Shown piece after piece: positions 30,187-43,961 of a DNA stretch of 64,000 bases. Origin of the DNA: the human T2T-CHM13v2.0 reference genome, Homo sapiens; the NCBI RefSeq assembly GCF_009914755.1, contig NC_060947.1. One strand, 5' to 3'. The notes under the pieces were generated by a model. That model was not told the origin of the DNA. It was given only the letters and a program-made list of their open reading frames with translations, and made no database searches. Position numbers and translations under genes: made by a program. Each line of letters starts with the position of its first letter. The stretch's first letter is position 1.

Positions 30187-33100
30187 CCTTTTTGACTTTT
30201 TAATAATAACCATTCTGACTGGTGTAAGATGGTATTCATTGTGGTTTTGATTTGCATTACTCTAATGATTAATGATGTGGAGCATTTTTTCATATGCTTC
30301 TTGGGCACATGTATGTCTTCTTTTCAGAAGTGTCTGTTCACGTCTTTTGTCCATTTTTTAATGGGGTTGTTTGATTTTTGCTTATTAATTGAGTTCCTTA
30401 TAGAGGCTGGATATTAGATCTTCGTCAGATGCATAGTTTGCAAATATTTTCTCCCTTTCTGTAGGTTGTCTGCTTACACTATTGATAGTTTCTTTTGCTG
30501 TGCAGAAGCTCTTCAGTTAAATGAAGTTCCATGTGTCAATTTTTGTTTTTGTTGAAATTGCTTTTGGAGTCTTCATCATGAAATCTTTGCCAGGGCCCAT
30601 GCCCAGAATGGTATTTCCTAGGTTTTCTTCTAGGGTTTTTATAGCTTTAGGTTTTACATTTAAGTATGTAATCCATCTTGAGTTGATTTTTGCATATGAT
30701 GAAGGGAAAGGATCCAATTTCAATCTTCTGCATATGGCTAGCCAGTTATCCCAGCACCATTTATTGAATAGGTAGTCCTTTCCCCACTGTTTATTATTGT
30801 TGACTTTGTCAAAAATCAGGTGGTTGTGGGTGTGTGACTTTATTTCCGGGTTCTCTCACCTGTCCTATTCATCTATGTGTCTATTTTTTTTTTACCAGTA
30901 CCATGCTGTTTTGGTTACTGTAGGCTTGTAGTACAGTTTAAAGCCAGGTAATATGATGCCTCCATCTTTGTTGTTTTTGCTTGGTATTGCTTTGTCTATT
31001 GGGGCTTTTTTGGTTCCCAGTGAATTTTAGAATAGTTTATTCTAATTCTGTGAAAAGTGTCATTGGTATTTTGATATGAACAGTATTGAATCTGTACATT
31101 ACTTTGGGCAGTATGGCCATGTTAAAAATATTGATTCTTCCTATCCAAGAGCATGGAAAGTTTTTCCATTTGTTTTTGTCATCTCCAGTTTCTTTCATCA
31201 GTGTTTTGTAATTCTTGTTGTAGAGATCTTTCACCTTCCTGGTTAGCTGTATTCCTAGGTATTTTATTTTTTAGGGCTGTTGTGAATGGGATTGTGCTAT
31301 TGATTTGGCTCTTAACTGGACATCGTTGGTGTATAGAAATGCTACTAAGTTTTTTAGCATTGATTTTGTATCCTGAAACTTTGCTGAAGTTGTTTGTTAG
31401 ATTTAGAAGGCTTTGGGCAGAGACTATGGGTTTTCTAGGTATAGAATCATATCATCTGGGAAGAGAGATAGTTTGATTTCTTCTCTTCCTATTTGGATGC
31501 CTTTTATTTCTTTCTCTTGCCTGATTACTCTGGCTAGAACTTCTAACATTTTTCTAACATGCTTTGATTGTATTTTTAATGACAAGGGTCTTTAAGATTC
31601 CTTAGTATAGCTTTCTAATGTAAAATACATGTAGCTTTTTTTTTAAGTGAGATGTGGGGAGAAAGTACTTTTATTACATGACATGGTTAAATGATCAATC
31701 TAAAAAACACTTGCTTTATAATTACTTTAACAAAGTAAATAAATGCATTTCCAGAACAGCTGTAATTTTTAAATTGGATTTTCCTTCATTATCAGTAATG
31801 ATTTATTGATTAACAACAGCTTGGTGGGTATTGAGTGGAACACAGAGATAGACATAGTGCCAACCTGGTGAAATCAGAAACTTAATTAGATTGTCAAGTA
31901 GAAAATGATTGGAAACAGTTTCCGTTTGGTAACTCACTTTGCTACCACAAAATCAGAGATTTGATCTTCATGTGATCTTGTTATCCCTGCAAAGAGAAAA
32001 ACTTCATTTCACAACCTAATCCTATCATCTTATTTCGGAGATGTGCTGTTGATCATGAGGAGGAAAGGAAAGAGGTATGAAAGAAATGCTTACTCAGTGC
32101 AGAAGTGAGCCATAGGTATTTTGTTGTGTATAGCCCAACAGTGAGCTATTAATAGAAGCTGTGTTTTGTGTCTATAACAGGCATCACATTGTTTAAAAAA
32201 GAAAATATGCACAGATTCAAATTCTACTCTCAAAGTTCAAGCACAGTGCTAGTATCATAGGCATCTTGTATACTGCCTGCATCATTACCACTAGGAGTCT
32301 AAAATTGAATTGTACCCTTGGTATGCCAAAAAAAAAAACCATTGTTCTTAGTAAATGGTTAAGTGTTTTCATATAAAGCTTGCAAAATCCATGTTCAAAC
32401 CAAATATATGTGGCTTTCTATGCATGTAAAGAGACCTATAAACTAACTGTCTAGTTGTTTTGCAGTTAAACATTTTGTATTTGGGAACTGCATTCCCTGT
32501 ATATGGAGAGGAGGACAGCTTCCTCCTGGCTCTCTCCTAACTCCTCTCTGGTACTTGGCCTCTTGTTTTATTCCCTGTGCTGATTAGAAAACAACAGATA
32601 TGAGGGAATGCCCTAATGAATGCTATAGGCTATTTCTCTGATCTCATGCAACAATCTGGAAATGAGATGTGCACATTGATTAGCTGCCTTCAGGGCTGAG
32701 TGGAAAAGAAGGGGCATTTTCCCACCGTTTGTGGGTTAGCCCTCCATGGATTTAATCAAGTCCACACCTGGCCTATGGTCCAGCGCATCAGGATAATTAC
32801 ATGGGCTTTTCCTTATTGTTTAACCACCTTCACCCATTAAGAAATAGCAGTGAAAGAACACATCGGACCTCTTGTTTCTATGGATTTCCTCCCCTAAGTC
32901 TTTGGAGTTTGGAGGCACTAAATGGATTATGGCTATTTTGCTTTCTGCCTTCTAATGAGTAATTTACAGCCTGCAAATTTTAAGGATTAAACAAATGGCT
33001 CTGTAAAACAACTAGTCTCAGTAATGGATTTATTACCTTCTTCAATTCCCCAATTACAATTGATCTCTCTTTAGCTAGGCTGCTAATTATTAGAAAAAGG

Positions 33101-33789
33101 AAACAAGTTTTAATCTTTATAGGCATCTTCTAGCCTAGGATTAGAACTCACAATTAACAGCTTGTATCTTAGATGCCACCGCCTGATATCTAAACAAGTA
33201 CTTGCAGATTAACAAACCACAAGGTTCAGGAAGCCTACATTAAGTCTGCAACAAAAAGACCTGTGAGAAAGACCACCCTGTTGAATTCCACTGATAAGGA
33301 TTTACTCTAACTTTGCTCATTACTCTCTGTATGTGTGATCAACCTTCAATTAATCAATCAACAAGCCCATACAGAGCTAGCTTTATTCTAATTTTGTCTC
33401 TTCTAGGCATCAGGAGTACTTTTTTGGTTTCGATTTCAAATATGTTTTCCTAATGTTCTCTTGAAGGAAACACAATGTCTCAGGCTATATGCCCTTATTT
33501 GGAATCTTTAAAATGTAGTCGCTGAAACCATGGGGAGATTGGAGAGAAAAAGGATCTAACATGAGCCTATAGGGAGCAGCGATTTCTTGGATCCTGGTGC
33601 CCAGGCCATATGTGGGGAAATAGAAAATAATCCAGAGCTTTAAGAGGAGTATAAAAGAGTGCCAGATTAGTCTTCTTTAATATCCTTCCAACACTACAAC
33701 ACATCCACTATTGTGTGCTTTGAGGTGGAAAGAGGTAGAAGGAAGGAAGTGAAATAAGTGTAAGAAAGACAGAGTAGTAGAGTACAGGG

Positions 33790-34015
33790 TAGCATGTTGA
33801 TGTGAAAAATTTTGGTCCTGTAGTCAGGCAGATCTGGGTGTGTCCTGGCTCTACAACCTGCAAGCTCTGTGACCTTCTGCAAGTTACTTAAAACCTTTCT
33901 AAGCCTGCTTCCTATCTGTAAAATGAGAACTATGTCTATCTTACAGAGTTAGCATGAAAACTAAATGAATAATATATGTAAATCACCTAGCACAGTGTCC
34001 AGTTCACTGTAGGAA
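33790..34015 (+). mobile_element. MIR
   Basis: gtcaggcagatctgggt...ctgtgaccttctgcaagttacttaa...ctatctgtaaaatgag...cctagcacagtg. Confidence 0.8.
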
Positions 34016-35399
34016 AAAAATATATATGTATATATTTATATATATGAAATGTATATATGGATAGTAAAGTAGTAAGATAGGAAAAACAGAGAAAGGATGT
34101 TTAGAGGGTTTTTTTTACCCACTCATGAAGGGAGGTTGGATTCAGCACTCTCCTAAGAACATATCCTTCATGAGAGTGGCACACCCATCTACTCAAGGAA
34201 TGGAGGGTTTTGCACAGTTCAGTACAATTACCATGAACAGGTAACACTGAACAGAAGAAGTTCAAGGTGAAGTCTGGGGCTATACATTTCAAGGTCATTT
34301 ATGTTTCACTGTGAGTTTTTCTGTGTCTCTGTTGTATCAGTTCCAGCTGAGCAGACCCTTTATGAATATTGCCTATTAACATATTGTTAATGCAATGAAT
34401 TAACTACTTTTCCCCTTAGTTAGAAAGTGGCTGAGATTTTTTAATGTAAATGTTGCTATACTAATTGACCTAATTTGTTCATAAAATGCCTTTTAAAGGT
34501 CAGAGAGTTATTAATTGTACTGATGTTATGAGGCTTGTACCCTTCCAGAGAGAGAGGACACAAGCTTCTTACTGTCCCCCACTGCCTGAAGTCTTTGTAC
34601 TCAACATAATTGGCCTTGGACATGTTGTTCTGTGACCTATAGACAGTTTTAGTGCAGCCTCCAATAATTAAGTACCTTGTTCCTTCTCTTTGCCAAAGTG
34701 ACTGGGGTTAAAAATCTAACTTTCCCTGTGGATATACAAATCAAATGTTACTGTTGCTGATATCATCAACTTTTTTGTTAATTGAAGACTTTAAACAACT
34801 GTTATTATAATAACTTGATGCTAAGTAAGGAGACACAATCATTTTTGTCAAACAAAACTTTGGTCTATTTTCTCAGCACCCAGAGAGTGCCCCTTTATTA
34901 ACTTTGCTTTTACACGTAATGGGGCTATTCTTATCAACAGGTTTTGATGGAATTTGTTATTTGTGAAATGTAAAAAAATGACATCCACTTGAAGTCCCTA
35001 CTAGACTCTTTGAAACACCTTTTATGGTAATGTTCCAAATCTTTATCCAAGTTAAAATAGATTTTAAGTGTTCTCTTTCTACCCCTTACTTGAAACATCT
35101 GTGAAGCTGTATCGAAGATTGGATCGCTGGAAGACAGTTATTGGTATCACTGCTAAAAACAATATGTAGTATAGTATGTGAACCACAGATCCTGTATCAG
35201 TGGATCTCCTTGGTTGCACATTGGAGTCATCTGTGGAGCTTTAAGAACCAGCGATTCTAGGCCCCCATCCTCAGGGAAAAATGGCAATCAGGAAATGTCA
35301 AATATCAATGTGGCAAGCCCTTTATAGAACACTGTCCAGCCTGGACAACAATTCGTCATCACCCCTCTTTGAACATGGTCGTCCAACCAAAAAATAACA

Positions 35400-35550
35400 C
35401 TATCATTCTACTCACATTTATCCATTTTGTCTAAAAACTTATGAGTAATACTATAAAAGCCTAATTGAAGTCCTGATGTGCTTTATGTCATTCTCTGATT
35501 TACCAGTTGAGTAGCACTATCCAAAAAGAAATGACATTAGTTCAGCATAT
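35400..35550 (-). mobile_element. L3/CR1 fragment
   Basis: cattctctgatttaccagttgagtagcactatccaaaaagaaatgacattagttcagcat resembles the antisense CR1 RT region. Confidence 0.5.
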
Positions 35551-38500
35551 GCCTCCATGATATGCTATTTTCTTTTGCAATTTTGCTTCTTCTGAAAATG
35601 GAGTTCATCATTAAAATGGGCTAGCTGCTGACCGAGTAGCTAGCATATATTGGTGCATAATAAACCCATCAGTCTGACTACTCATGATTAGGAGTGCATT
35701 ACCTATATGGCAAGGGGGAAAGGAGGACAGAAATCTAAAATCAGACCTCTTATCTACACTAGTAGGCTTCCCACTTCCCTTTTCCTGCACTTAAAGCACT
35801 ACAGAAATGTTAGTTGTTCTTATTTCTTCTTGTGGGAACAGGGAAATTATAATTGGCTTATATGGCTAGAGAAGAGAGTTAAGCAGAATAAGAGAATCTC
35901 TAGTAACTGAAAAGCAACTAAAGGCTAAACTGTTTCTAAATCCCTCCAAGCACTGGGACTTTGCTGTGGATTGGAATGTCTGGGTTTGATGGCGTGTGCT
36001 CATTTGGAATTAAAGTCAGACATAAACTTCCTGAGTGCCAGAGAAGCAAGCATACTTTGCTAGCACTCAGTCAATATTGTTTTGAATGTATTTCAGGAAG
36101 AGCTGGGAGCATTCCCTTCATTTTCCATAAGCCATGATGGAACAGCAAGGTTTATTGATGGTTTGTTGACACTCCTCCTATTTTGAGGGCAAACCTATGC
36201 CTAAAAGGAGGGGGAAGTTGGGATCACTACAACTAAAATAATTACAGAAGAATAACAGGGTTCCTTTTTAATCAGAAAAAAATATTGCCTGTCAAAAGAT
36301 AGACAGCTCTTAAGAATCATTGGTTGTTAGGAATTCAGCATAGGAAAATGGGACTTAGCCATAGGAAAGCTGCAAGTCTCATTTAGAATGTAATTCAGAA
36401 GCAGACAGCTCAAACTGGTGAATTATGACCCAGAAAACAGCCAAAGGAGAAATTGATTCCATAGCAAACTAAAATCCACCAAGAGAAAATGAGAGAAAGA
36501 AAGTTTATGCTACTATTATGTTATAATTTCTCAGAATCCTTATAGCATGGCTTGGGAGTAAAACAAGGATGCATATGCTGATTGCCCTAATAGGTACCAT
36601 ACCTATAACTAAGTAGTTAAGTCCCTCCAGATCAAAGTTAATTCTAAAGAGACAAATCATGGAGTGTGATGATCGGCATTTGCGCACTGAAATGCCCATG
36701 CACGTGTTTTATCCTATGGCTTTTGAAATCTGTGTTTTTGCCAATGAAGAATTATTTTACCAAGAAAGTTGGAGTTTTCTTAATAATTAAGATAATTTCT
36801 GACCTTTATTGTCATTTTGATTGATACCTTTTCCAACCGGGTTGCAACATCATTGTAGAAAACCCTTTGCATTCTAATAAAACAGTACTCTGAAGTGTCT
36901 TAGATAAGACGCTCTGCAGAGAAAGTTAAATCAATTAAGGCAGTGTAAGAATTGTAGCTGGGAGAGTCAGAGTTCTAACATTATCCCAATAATCAAACTG
37001 ACCTTTCTGTTGTAGCTTTTTTCTTTCTTTTCTTTTGCTTTATTTTTCTTTTCTTCTTTCCTTTGCTTTGTTTTTTTTTTTTTTTTTTGTAAAGAATTAC
37101 CCTCACGCTCAGATGGCAAAGTTCATCAGCACATTTTTTTTTTTTTTTTTTTTTAATCTAGGAGGGGCCAATGACTGTGAGAGATCTAGACAAGGAACTT
37201 TCTAGTGTCTCTACCAACTGTTCGCATTATGCGGGTTAAAGAGTGAATTGTATTCCGATGTCTGTCAGTCAAGAAATCCATAACCTTGTGCAGGTTTCTT
37301 CTTGCTGAGCCTACATTTCCTTATTGCTTCAAAAGAGTGGAATTTCACTAGATTTTTGTTTACCAGTAGGCTCCACAATGCCCTAGAATACCATAGAGTT
37401 CCTTGAGGGTATTGAAGGAGCCAAGAGGGAGGTAACCAGGATAGGGCTCTTGGTTCCACCAGAATAGTTCCTTTTTAATTCCTTTTCTGTCTTGCGCCAT
37501 CACATGAGATTTTCTTAAATAAGGCTAAAAACTCGTGAGTCCCTTACTCTGATTCTGTGTCCTTTAGCTGTACACAGCCTACAGCCTTCCCCAACTCTGC
37601 CAAAAGGGCCATGTTTTGTGTGTTGTCTCTATGAGTCTCTATGAGTACTTTCAGAGGAGTGGTATTCAGAAAGCAGCTTGGAGACATTTATCTCATCATC
37701 TCTGGAGTAAATCTGTATCCCACAGAATGGAAAAATCCTCCTTTTCCCACCAAGCAAAGACACTTGATCATGATGTGAAATATACTGTATATGAGACTTG
37801 GTAACTTCATTCTGATAATAATCTTGGGAAGAAGCCAGTGAAGAACACTGCAGTAATAAAGCTATTGCAGGGACACAAGGTTCCTCACTCTGTAGTAGTA
37901 TTAAAAGAATTGTATATTATTATGTACGGGCCTGTTCAGCTGATTAACTGCATATAAAAATAGAAGTTGAAATCAGTTTATGTGACTAGTAATGCATGTT
38001 TCACAGATCATATCACAGTCAGCCTGTTTTAATCCTAATATGGTAATTTGGAAAAGCCCAAAAGAATAAGAGTGCTAGTCCCTTCTTGCACTAATATTCT
38101 GAAATGAAACATGAACAAATGTATAATATTAAATATTACCTTAGGACTAGAAATTTGTTGTGTGTTAAAGAGAAAATGGGAGGTGAGGAAGTTGATAAAC
38201 CAAGTATACACAGTATTTTGAGAAGTTTTGTGGGAAAAGGACCAGGAGCAATGGAGCAGTCACAGAATGGGACCTAGGATCCAGGTCCCCTTGGTCTCCC
38301 AGATTGTCTAGCCCTTATCTATCTTCATTTCTCTTTGTCCTCATTCCACCAGCGATATTCTCCTCCCATTGTCTTTTGGCCCCTGTTTTTGCCCTAAAGT
38401 TTTGTTTTGCTTCCTCTGCTTCTCACAGCTTCTTGCCTCTACCTTTTGCACCATTTTGCTTTCCTTCCTTTCCTAGCTCTGTACCTACCCACATCCCTAC

Positions 38501-39256
38501 TTCCAAATGCCCTATAGTTCCAAACCTTGGGTACTGCTTTGAGTGCCCAGGGTTGCTTCATAAGCACAAGCAGCCCCCTCTGCAATTCTTAGCAAGCATT
38601 ATTAGTTCTGAGAATGAGCACACATATTGTTGGAGTTATCTGTAATTTATTTTATGGCATTGGTCAGTCCTTTGTGCTTGAAAGGAGCACATTTAAGCTA
38701 GGCTAACAGCCAGTGAGTCAGCCCTACCTAATTACCTTTTACTATCAACCTATAAGGGGATAGATCTATAATAGGTTCATTTTAAATAGCCTTTTAAGGA
38801 TTAAACAACAAAACAATAACAATTGTCCCTCATAATTTAGTGACCAGTGAGAACTTCTATGTAAGACAGGTAGGAAGCTAAATTAGACCACATTGCTCAT
38901 TCAGCTATCACACTGAAGTTTTGGGTTGAGTAAGCCCAAGTATGGAATACAGCGTTCATTATAATGTGATTATTTCTTTTTGTATATTTGGCCCTCATTA
39001 CTCTCTTCTAAAAAAGACATGGCAGACACTTTCATGATATCCATAAACACATCAGAGGCAGCAATATACTCTGGCTTTTAAACTGTGAAATCCCAGGTCA
39101 CGAGTAAACTAAGTCATAAGGTGTTAAGTCACTTGTTGGCAAATATCTCTCATAAAACACTCAAAGTTAGTTGGAGATTCTAAAACAACAAAAGAATCAG
39201 ATTAGGAGTCAGTTGCAGGCAACAACCAGCTGCATATAAACCTTCAATGTAGATAG

Positions 39257-39264
39257 ATATATAC

Positions 39265-39301
<37 letters not shown>

Positions 39302-39457
39302 CATATATACATATACATATATGTATGTGTGTATATATACATATACATATTTACATATATATGTGTGTATATATATACGTATATGTGTGTATATATATAC
39401 ACATATACATATACATATACACATACACACACATACATATATATACACACACACACA
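39257..39457. repeat. Complex alternating purine-pyrimidine microsatellite (TG)n-(TA/CA/TG)n-(CA)n
   Basis: Read directly. It produces the low-complexity ORFs at 39209-39526. Confidence 0.97.
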
Positions 39458-39603
39458 GTTGAGCCTCTGATCCACGGGTGTGAAATCCATGGATTCAACC
39501 AACCACAAATCAAAAGCATTTTTTAAAATGATGGTTTCATTGTATTAAACATGTACAGACTTTTTCTTGTAGTTATTCCCAAAACAATAAAGTATGACAA
39601 CTA

Positions 39604-40954
39604 CAGTCATGTGCTGCATAACAATGTTTTGGTTAATGATGGACTGAATATACAGTGGTGGTCCCATAAGATTATAATGGAGCTGAAAAATTTCTATCAC
39701 CTAGTGATGTCATAATATCCTAATTCAATGCATTACTTACATGTTTGTAGTGATGATGGTATAAACAAACCTACTTCTCAAGAAGAGCTTCAGGCAGGTC
39801 CTTCAGGAAGTATTTGCAAGCAAGGTATTGTTATCCTAGGAGGTGACAGCGCCATACAAGTTATTGCCCCTAAAGTCCTTCCAGTTGGACAAGATATAGA
39901 GAGGGGACAACAGTGGTATTGATGATCCTGACGCTGTCTAGGCCTAGGCTAATGTGTTTGTTTGTTTCTTAGTTTTTGGGGAGGTTTTGTTTTGTTTTGT
40001 TTTGAGACAGAGTCTCACTTTGTTACCCAGGCTGGAGTGCAGTTGTGCTGTCTTGGCTCACTGCAACCTCCAACCCCCAGGTTCAAGCAATTCTCATGTC
40101 CCAGCCTCCCTAGTAGCTGAGATTGCAGGTGCCTGCCACCACACTCAGCTAATTTTTGTATTTGTAGTAGAGACGAGGTTTCGCCCTGTGGCCCAGGCTG
40201 GTCTCGAACTCCTGACCTCAGGTGATCCGCCCGCCTCGGCTCCCAAAGTGCTGGGGTTACAGGCGTGAGCCACCACGCCCAGCCTGTTTGTGTCTTAGTT
40301 TTTAACAAAAAAGTTTGAAATGAAAAAAGGAAAACATTTTTAAGATAGAAAATGTTTATAGTTTATAGGATAAGGATATTTAAAAAATATTTTTGTACAG
40401 CTGTACAATGTGTTTTAAACTGTTACAAAGGAGTCAAAAAGTTGAAAAAATAAGTTTATAAATTTAAAAACTTACAGCAAGCTAATTTATTATCGAAGAA
40501 AGACAATTTTTAAATAAATTTAGTGTAGCCTAAGTGTACAGTATTTATAAAGCCTATGGCAGTGTATAGTAATGTCCTAGGCTTTCACATTCACTCACTA
40601 GTCACTCAGTGACCCTGAGCAACTTCTAGTGCTGCAAGCTCCATTCATAGTGAGTGCCCTACACAGGTGTACCATGTTTTATCTTTTATACCATATTTTT
40701 ACTGTACTTTTTCTATTTTTAGATACACAAAGACTTAAACACACTGCACTAGTCACCTACAGTATTCAATACAGTCACATGCTGTACAGATTTATAGCCT
40801 AGGAGCAATAGGCTGTACCATATAGCCTAGGTGTGTAGTAGGCTATTCAATCTAGGTTTGTGTAAGTGCACTCTATGATGTTCACAAAACGATGAAATTG
40901 CCTAATGATGCATTTCTCAGAATGTATTCCCCATCATTAAGCAATGCATGGCTG
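39604..40954 (+). mobile_element. Tigger3b-like DNA transposon inserted in MER2
   Basis: Imperfect TIRs cagtcatgtgctgcataac / ttaagcaatgcatggctg. TA duplicated at 39602-39603 and 40955-40956. Confidence 0.88.
39978..40284 (-). mobile_element. AluS nested in Tigger3
   Basis: (GTTTT)n tail. 19-bp TSD with one mismatch at 39959-39977 and 40285-40303. Confidence 0.95.
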
Positions 40955-41125
40955 TATTTACATGGCATTTACATTGTATTAGGTAGGTATCATAAACAAT
41001 CCAGAGATGATTTAAAGTATAGGGGAGGCTGTGCATAGGTTTTATATGAGGAACTTGAGCATCCATAGATGTTGGTATCTAAAGGGGTTCCTGGAACCAA
41101 TCCCCCATAGATACCGAGGAATGAC

Positions 41126-41149
41126 GTGTGTGTGTGTGTGTGTGTGTGT
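41126..41149. repeat. (GT)n microsatellite
   Basis: Read directly from the sequence. Confidence 0.95.
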
Positions 41150-41397
41150 ACTAGACAGTGGGCAATATACAATACTGTATGAAACCCCTCTACCTCTCTG
41201 AGTGGGTACCTGCCCTTTGTTCCCCATTTCCAAACAGGTAGAGAATGATTGACCTCAAGAGGACCCATTTCTTCTGTACAGGCAGAGGTGGATCAATTAA
41301 ACCAGTAGCTTATACACAGTGTGCTTCACTCCTTGAAAAGCCCTTGTCTGCCTTTTCTAGGAGCACTCCCATAACAGAGACTGGGAACAGTGAGACG

Positions 41398-41620
41398 TGG
41401 TATTGTGCAGTGGTCAAGAGCATGAACTCTGGATTCATACTCCCTGGATTCAAATACTAGTTGTGTGACATTGGGCAAGTTCTTCTTATCTCCACAAGCC
41501 TCAGTTTCTTCTCAATTGGAGATCAAAATAGAACTTATTATAAACAGTCTAAAATAAATTTCAAGGGTTTATATGTAAATTGCACAAGCTAATAGTATCA
41601 TTCAGTAAAAGTTATCTATT
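41398..41620 (+). mobile_element. MIR
   Basis: gtggtcaagagcatgaactctgga...gtgtgacattgggcaagtt...gcctcagtttct. Confidence 0.75.
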
Positions 41621-43046
41621 AATACTTTCCATGGATATAACATTTATATAGATATCAAGGTATCAATGAATAGCCCTCTTATAGTTCAGTTGCATTGTAT
41701 GTTAAGTCGACTTTTAGGGCTGGGCTGGAGCCCTGTCACCATGTATCATATGATTTCCATGGTAAAATGTGTTTTGCATCTCAAATATTCAGCCTACAAA
41801 GAAATGTTTGTACTGCACCCTATCCTCTTTGTAAAGTGAGTCTTTATATTGGTGCTGGGGCCCCTCATGGTTGCTAACACGTTTCCATGTAAGTCCTCTG
41901 GTTTGTTTTCTAATTTCTTAACTTAAACTTTATAAACTGTTGTAATGAACTGAAGTCACAAACTAAAGCTTTTTAATTAAGTGGTTAGTCCTGTTGCAAA
42001 ACTGCCTTAATAACAATTTATTGAGTACATATGGATTGTGTGGGGACTTCTTTGGAGAAATGTGGTAACTTCTATGATGACTGCTTTGATCTTTTTTAAC
42101 TGAGGAAATTGTTAATATAGTAAATTGAATTATCCCTTAAACTTGGTAACCTAGTTTTCTCTTAGTACTTAGGTAAATTCAGTTGCACATCAGTGTCAGT
42201 GGAAACTTTGATGTTTGTGTGTTATTACCAAGATATTTAGAGTTATTATGAAGAATTCGAGAACATCAGAAACTTCTAGGTAATGCTTATATCACAAGGA
42301 AGAAAGCCACCGTTTTTCTGGCCAAAGGTTGTATTTCTAACATTATAAATAAGGTCCGTAGGTTATGGGGCCTATATTGCCTCACCTCAGGAAGAAAGCA
42401 GATCTTGTTAAATGATCTAATAGATTAATCAAGAGTACCTTTTCTGTTCAAGAACAGCCAGAGAGAATAAGTTTCTGAACTATGTTTCAAGTTCCAGAGA
42501 ACACTTTTTTTCTTCCCTTTCTCTATGGGTCTTTCTGCATTGGCCATGTTTTAGTCATCTTTTTCCAGTTTTCCCTCCCTTTGGTGATGACATCCCCTTA
42601 CATACACTATTCATACAGCTCTCTTCCTTCTCCCACACTGAACAGTGGGGTCATCAGAAGTTATTACATGCCAGGCCTGTTCAGCTCAGAAAAGGTGCTA
42701 TTTTTCATTTTCTGCATATCTTCTTAGATTTTAATAGGTCACTTTTAGGTTCTGAGCTTTAATACTTATGTATATAAGTCTGTTATAGTCTCAGCTCAGT
42801 TAAATTTAAACATTTTGGCTATTTTGTCCAGCAACAAAAACATTTATTGATCACCTATTTTGAGCAAGTTGTCACAAAATCCACAGTTGGTTATAACACA
42901 GCTGCTACCTTCCATGGGCTCACAATCTAGGAAGGAAGACAGACCTGTAAACAAATAACAAGTGTTCATATATAATACAATGTAAAAATAGACATATAAA
43001 CCAAGAACTCTCAGAGTTCAAAGAAGGAAATGGCTAATTCCATCTG

Positions 43047-43154
43047 CAGGGTGACCATAGAACTATCCTGGTTTGCTTGAGATTGAGGGACACAAAACCT
43101 TCAATACTAAAACCCAGGATAGTCCCCAGAAAACCAGAGTGGTTGGTCACCATG
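43047..43154. mobile_element. MER94-like hAT-Blackjack MITE
   Basis: TIRs cagggtgacca / tggtcaccatg around a ~108-bp body. Confidence 0.7.
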
Positions 43155-43594
43155 TTTACCTATCTAGGAGAGATGGAGAAGACTTCAAAGAGGAGATGGC
43201 ATTTTAACCAGTGCTTGAAAAGCAAGTTTACCAGGCACTTAAGGCAAATGAGGATAGCATTTTAGGCAGCAATGAAAGGCATTTCCTATTCAGGGAATGA
43301 TGAACAAATTGGTGTGAGTAGTATGTGAGCTTCAGCCAGTGTGTATGTGTGTGGCGGGGCGGGAGAGGAGTTGGGAGAAGGGCCCTAGGGTGAGAAGAGA
43401 ACAGATGGAAACTGGAACTGGAAAGGTGGGCAGGGGGCAAATCATACAGGACTGCCTAAGGAATCTTTACTATGTCCTGTGAATCAGTAGTTTTCAAACA
43501 ACTATAATGATCCTCTGGTTCCAGTGAAACCTTGCTTGGAAGCACAAATAAATGGAGAAAAATGCACAAATTTTCTGATTGAAAAAGGTATGTG

Positions 43595-43961
<367 letters not shown>

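Larger units (their letters stand above)
29085..31545 (-). mobile_element. Older L1PA/L1PB 3' ~2.1 kb, antisense, interrupted by an Alu
   Basis: Antisense 3'UTR. ORFs 30517..30723 and 31037..31234 are ORF2 fragments ([21 protein letters not shown]). Confidence 0.93.
39456..41126 (-). mobile_element. MER2 (TcMar-Tigger MITE) split into 39456-39603 and 40955-41126
   Basis: cagttgagcctctgatccacgggt..ggattcaaccaacc on the left and cctggaaccaatcccccatagataccgaggaatgac on the right. The halves join across a TA. Confidence 0.88.

Noticed and set aside
34871-34892. REST/RE1-like TCAGCACCCAGAGAGTGCC
   Set aside because: Good left half-site, but the spacer is one base short and the right half lacks GGACAG.
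39209-39526. Overlapping C/V/Y/I/H/T-rich ORFs
   Set aside because: Translations of a dinucleotide microsatellite.
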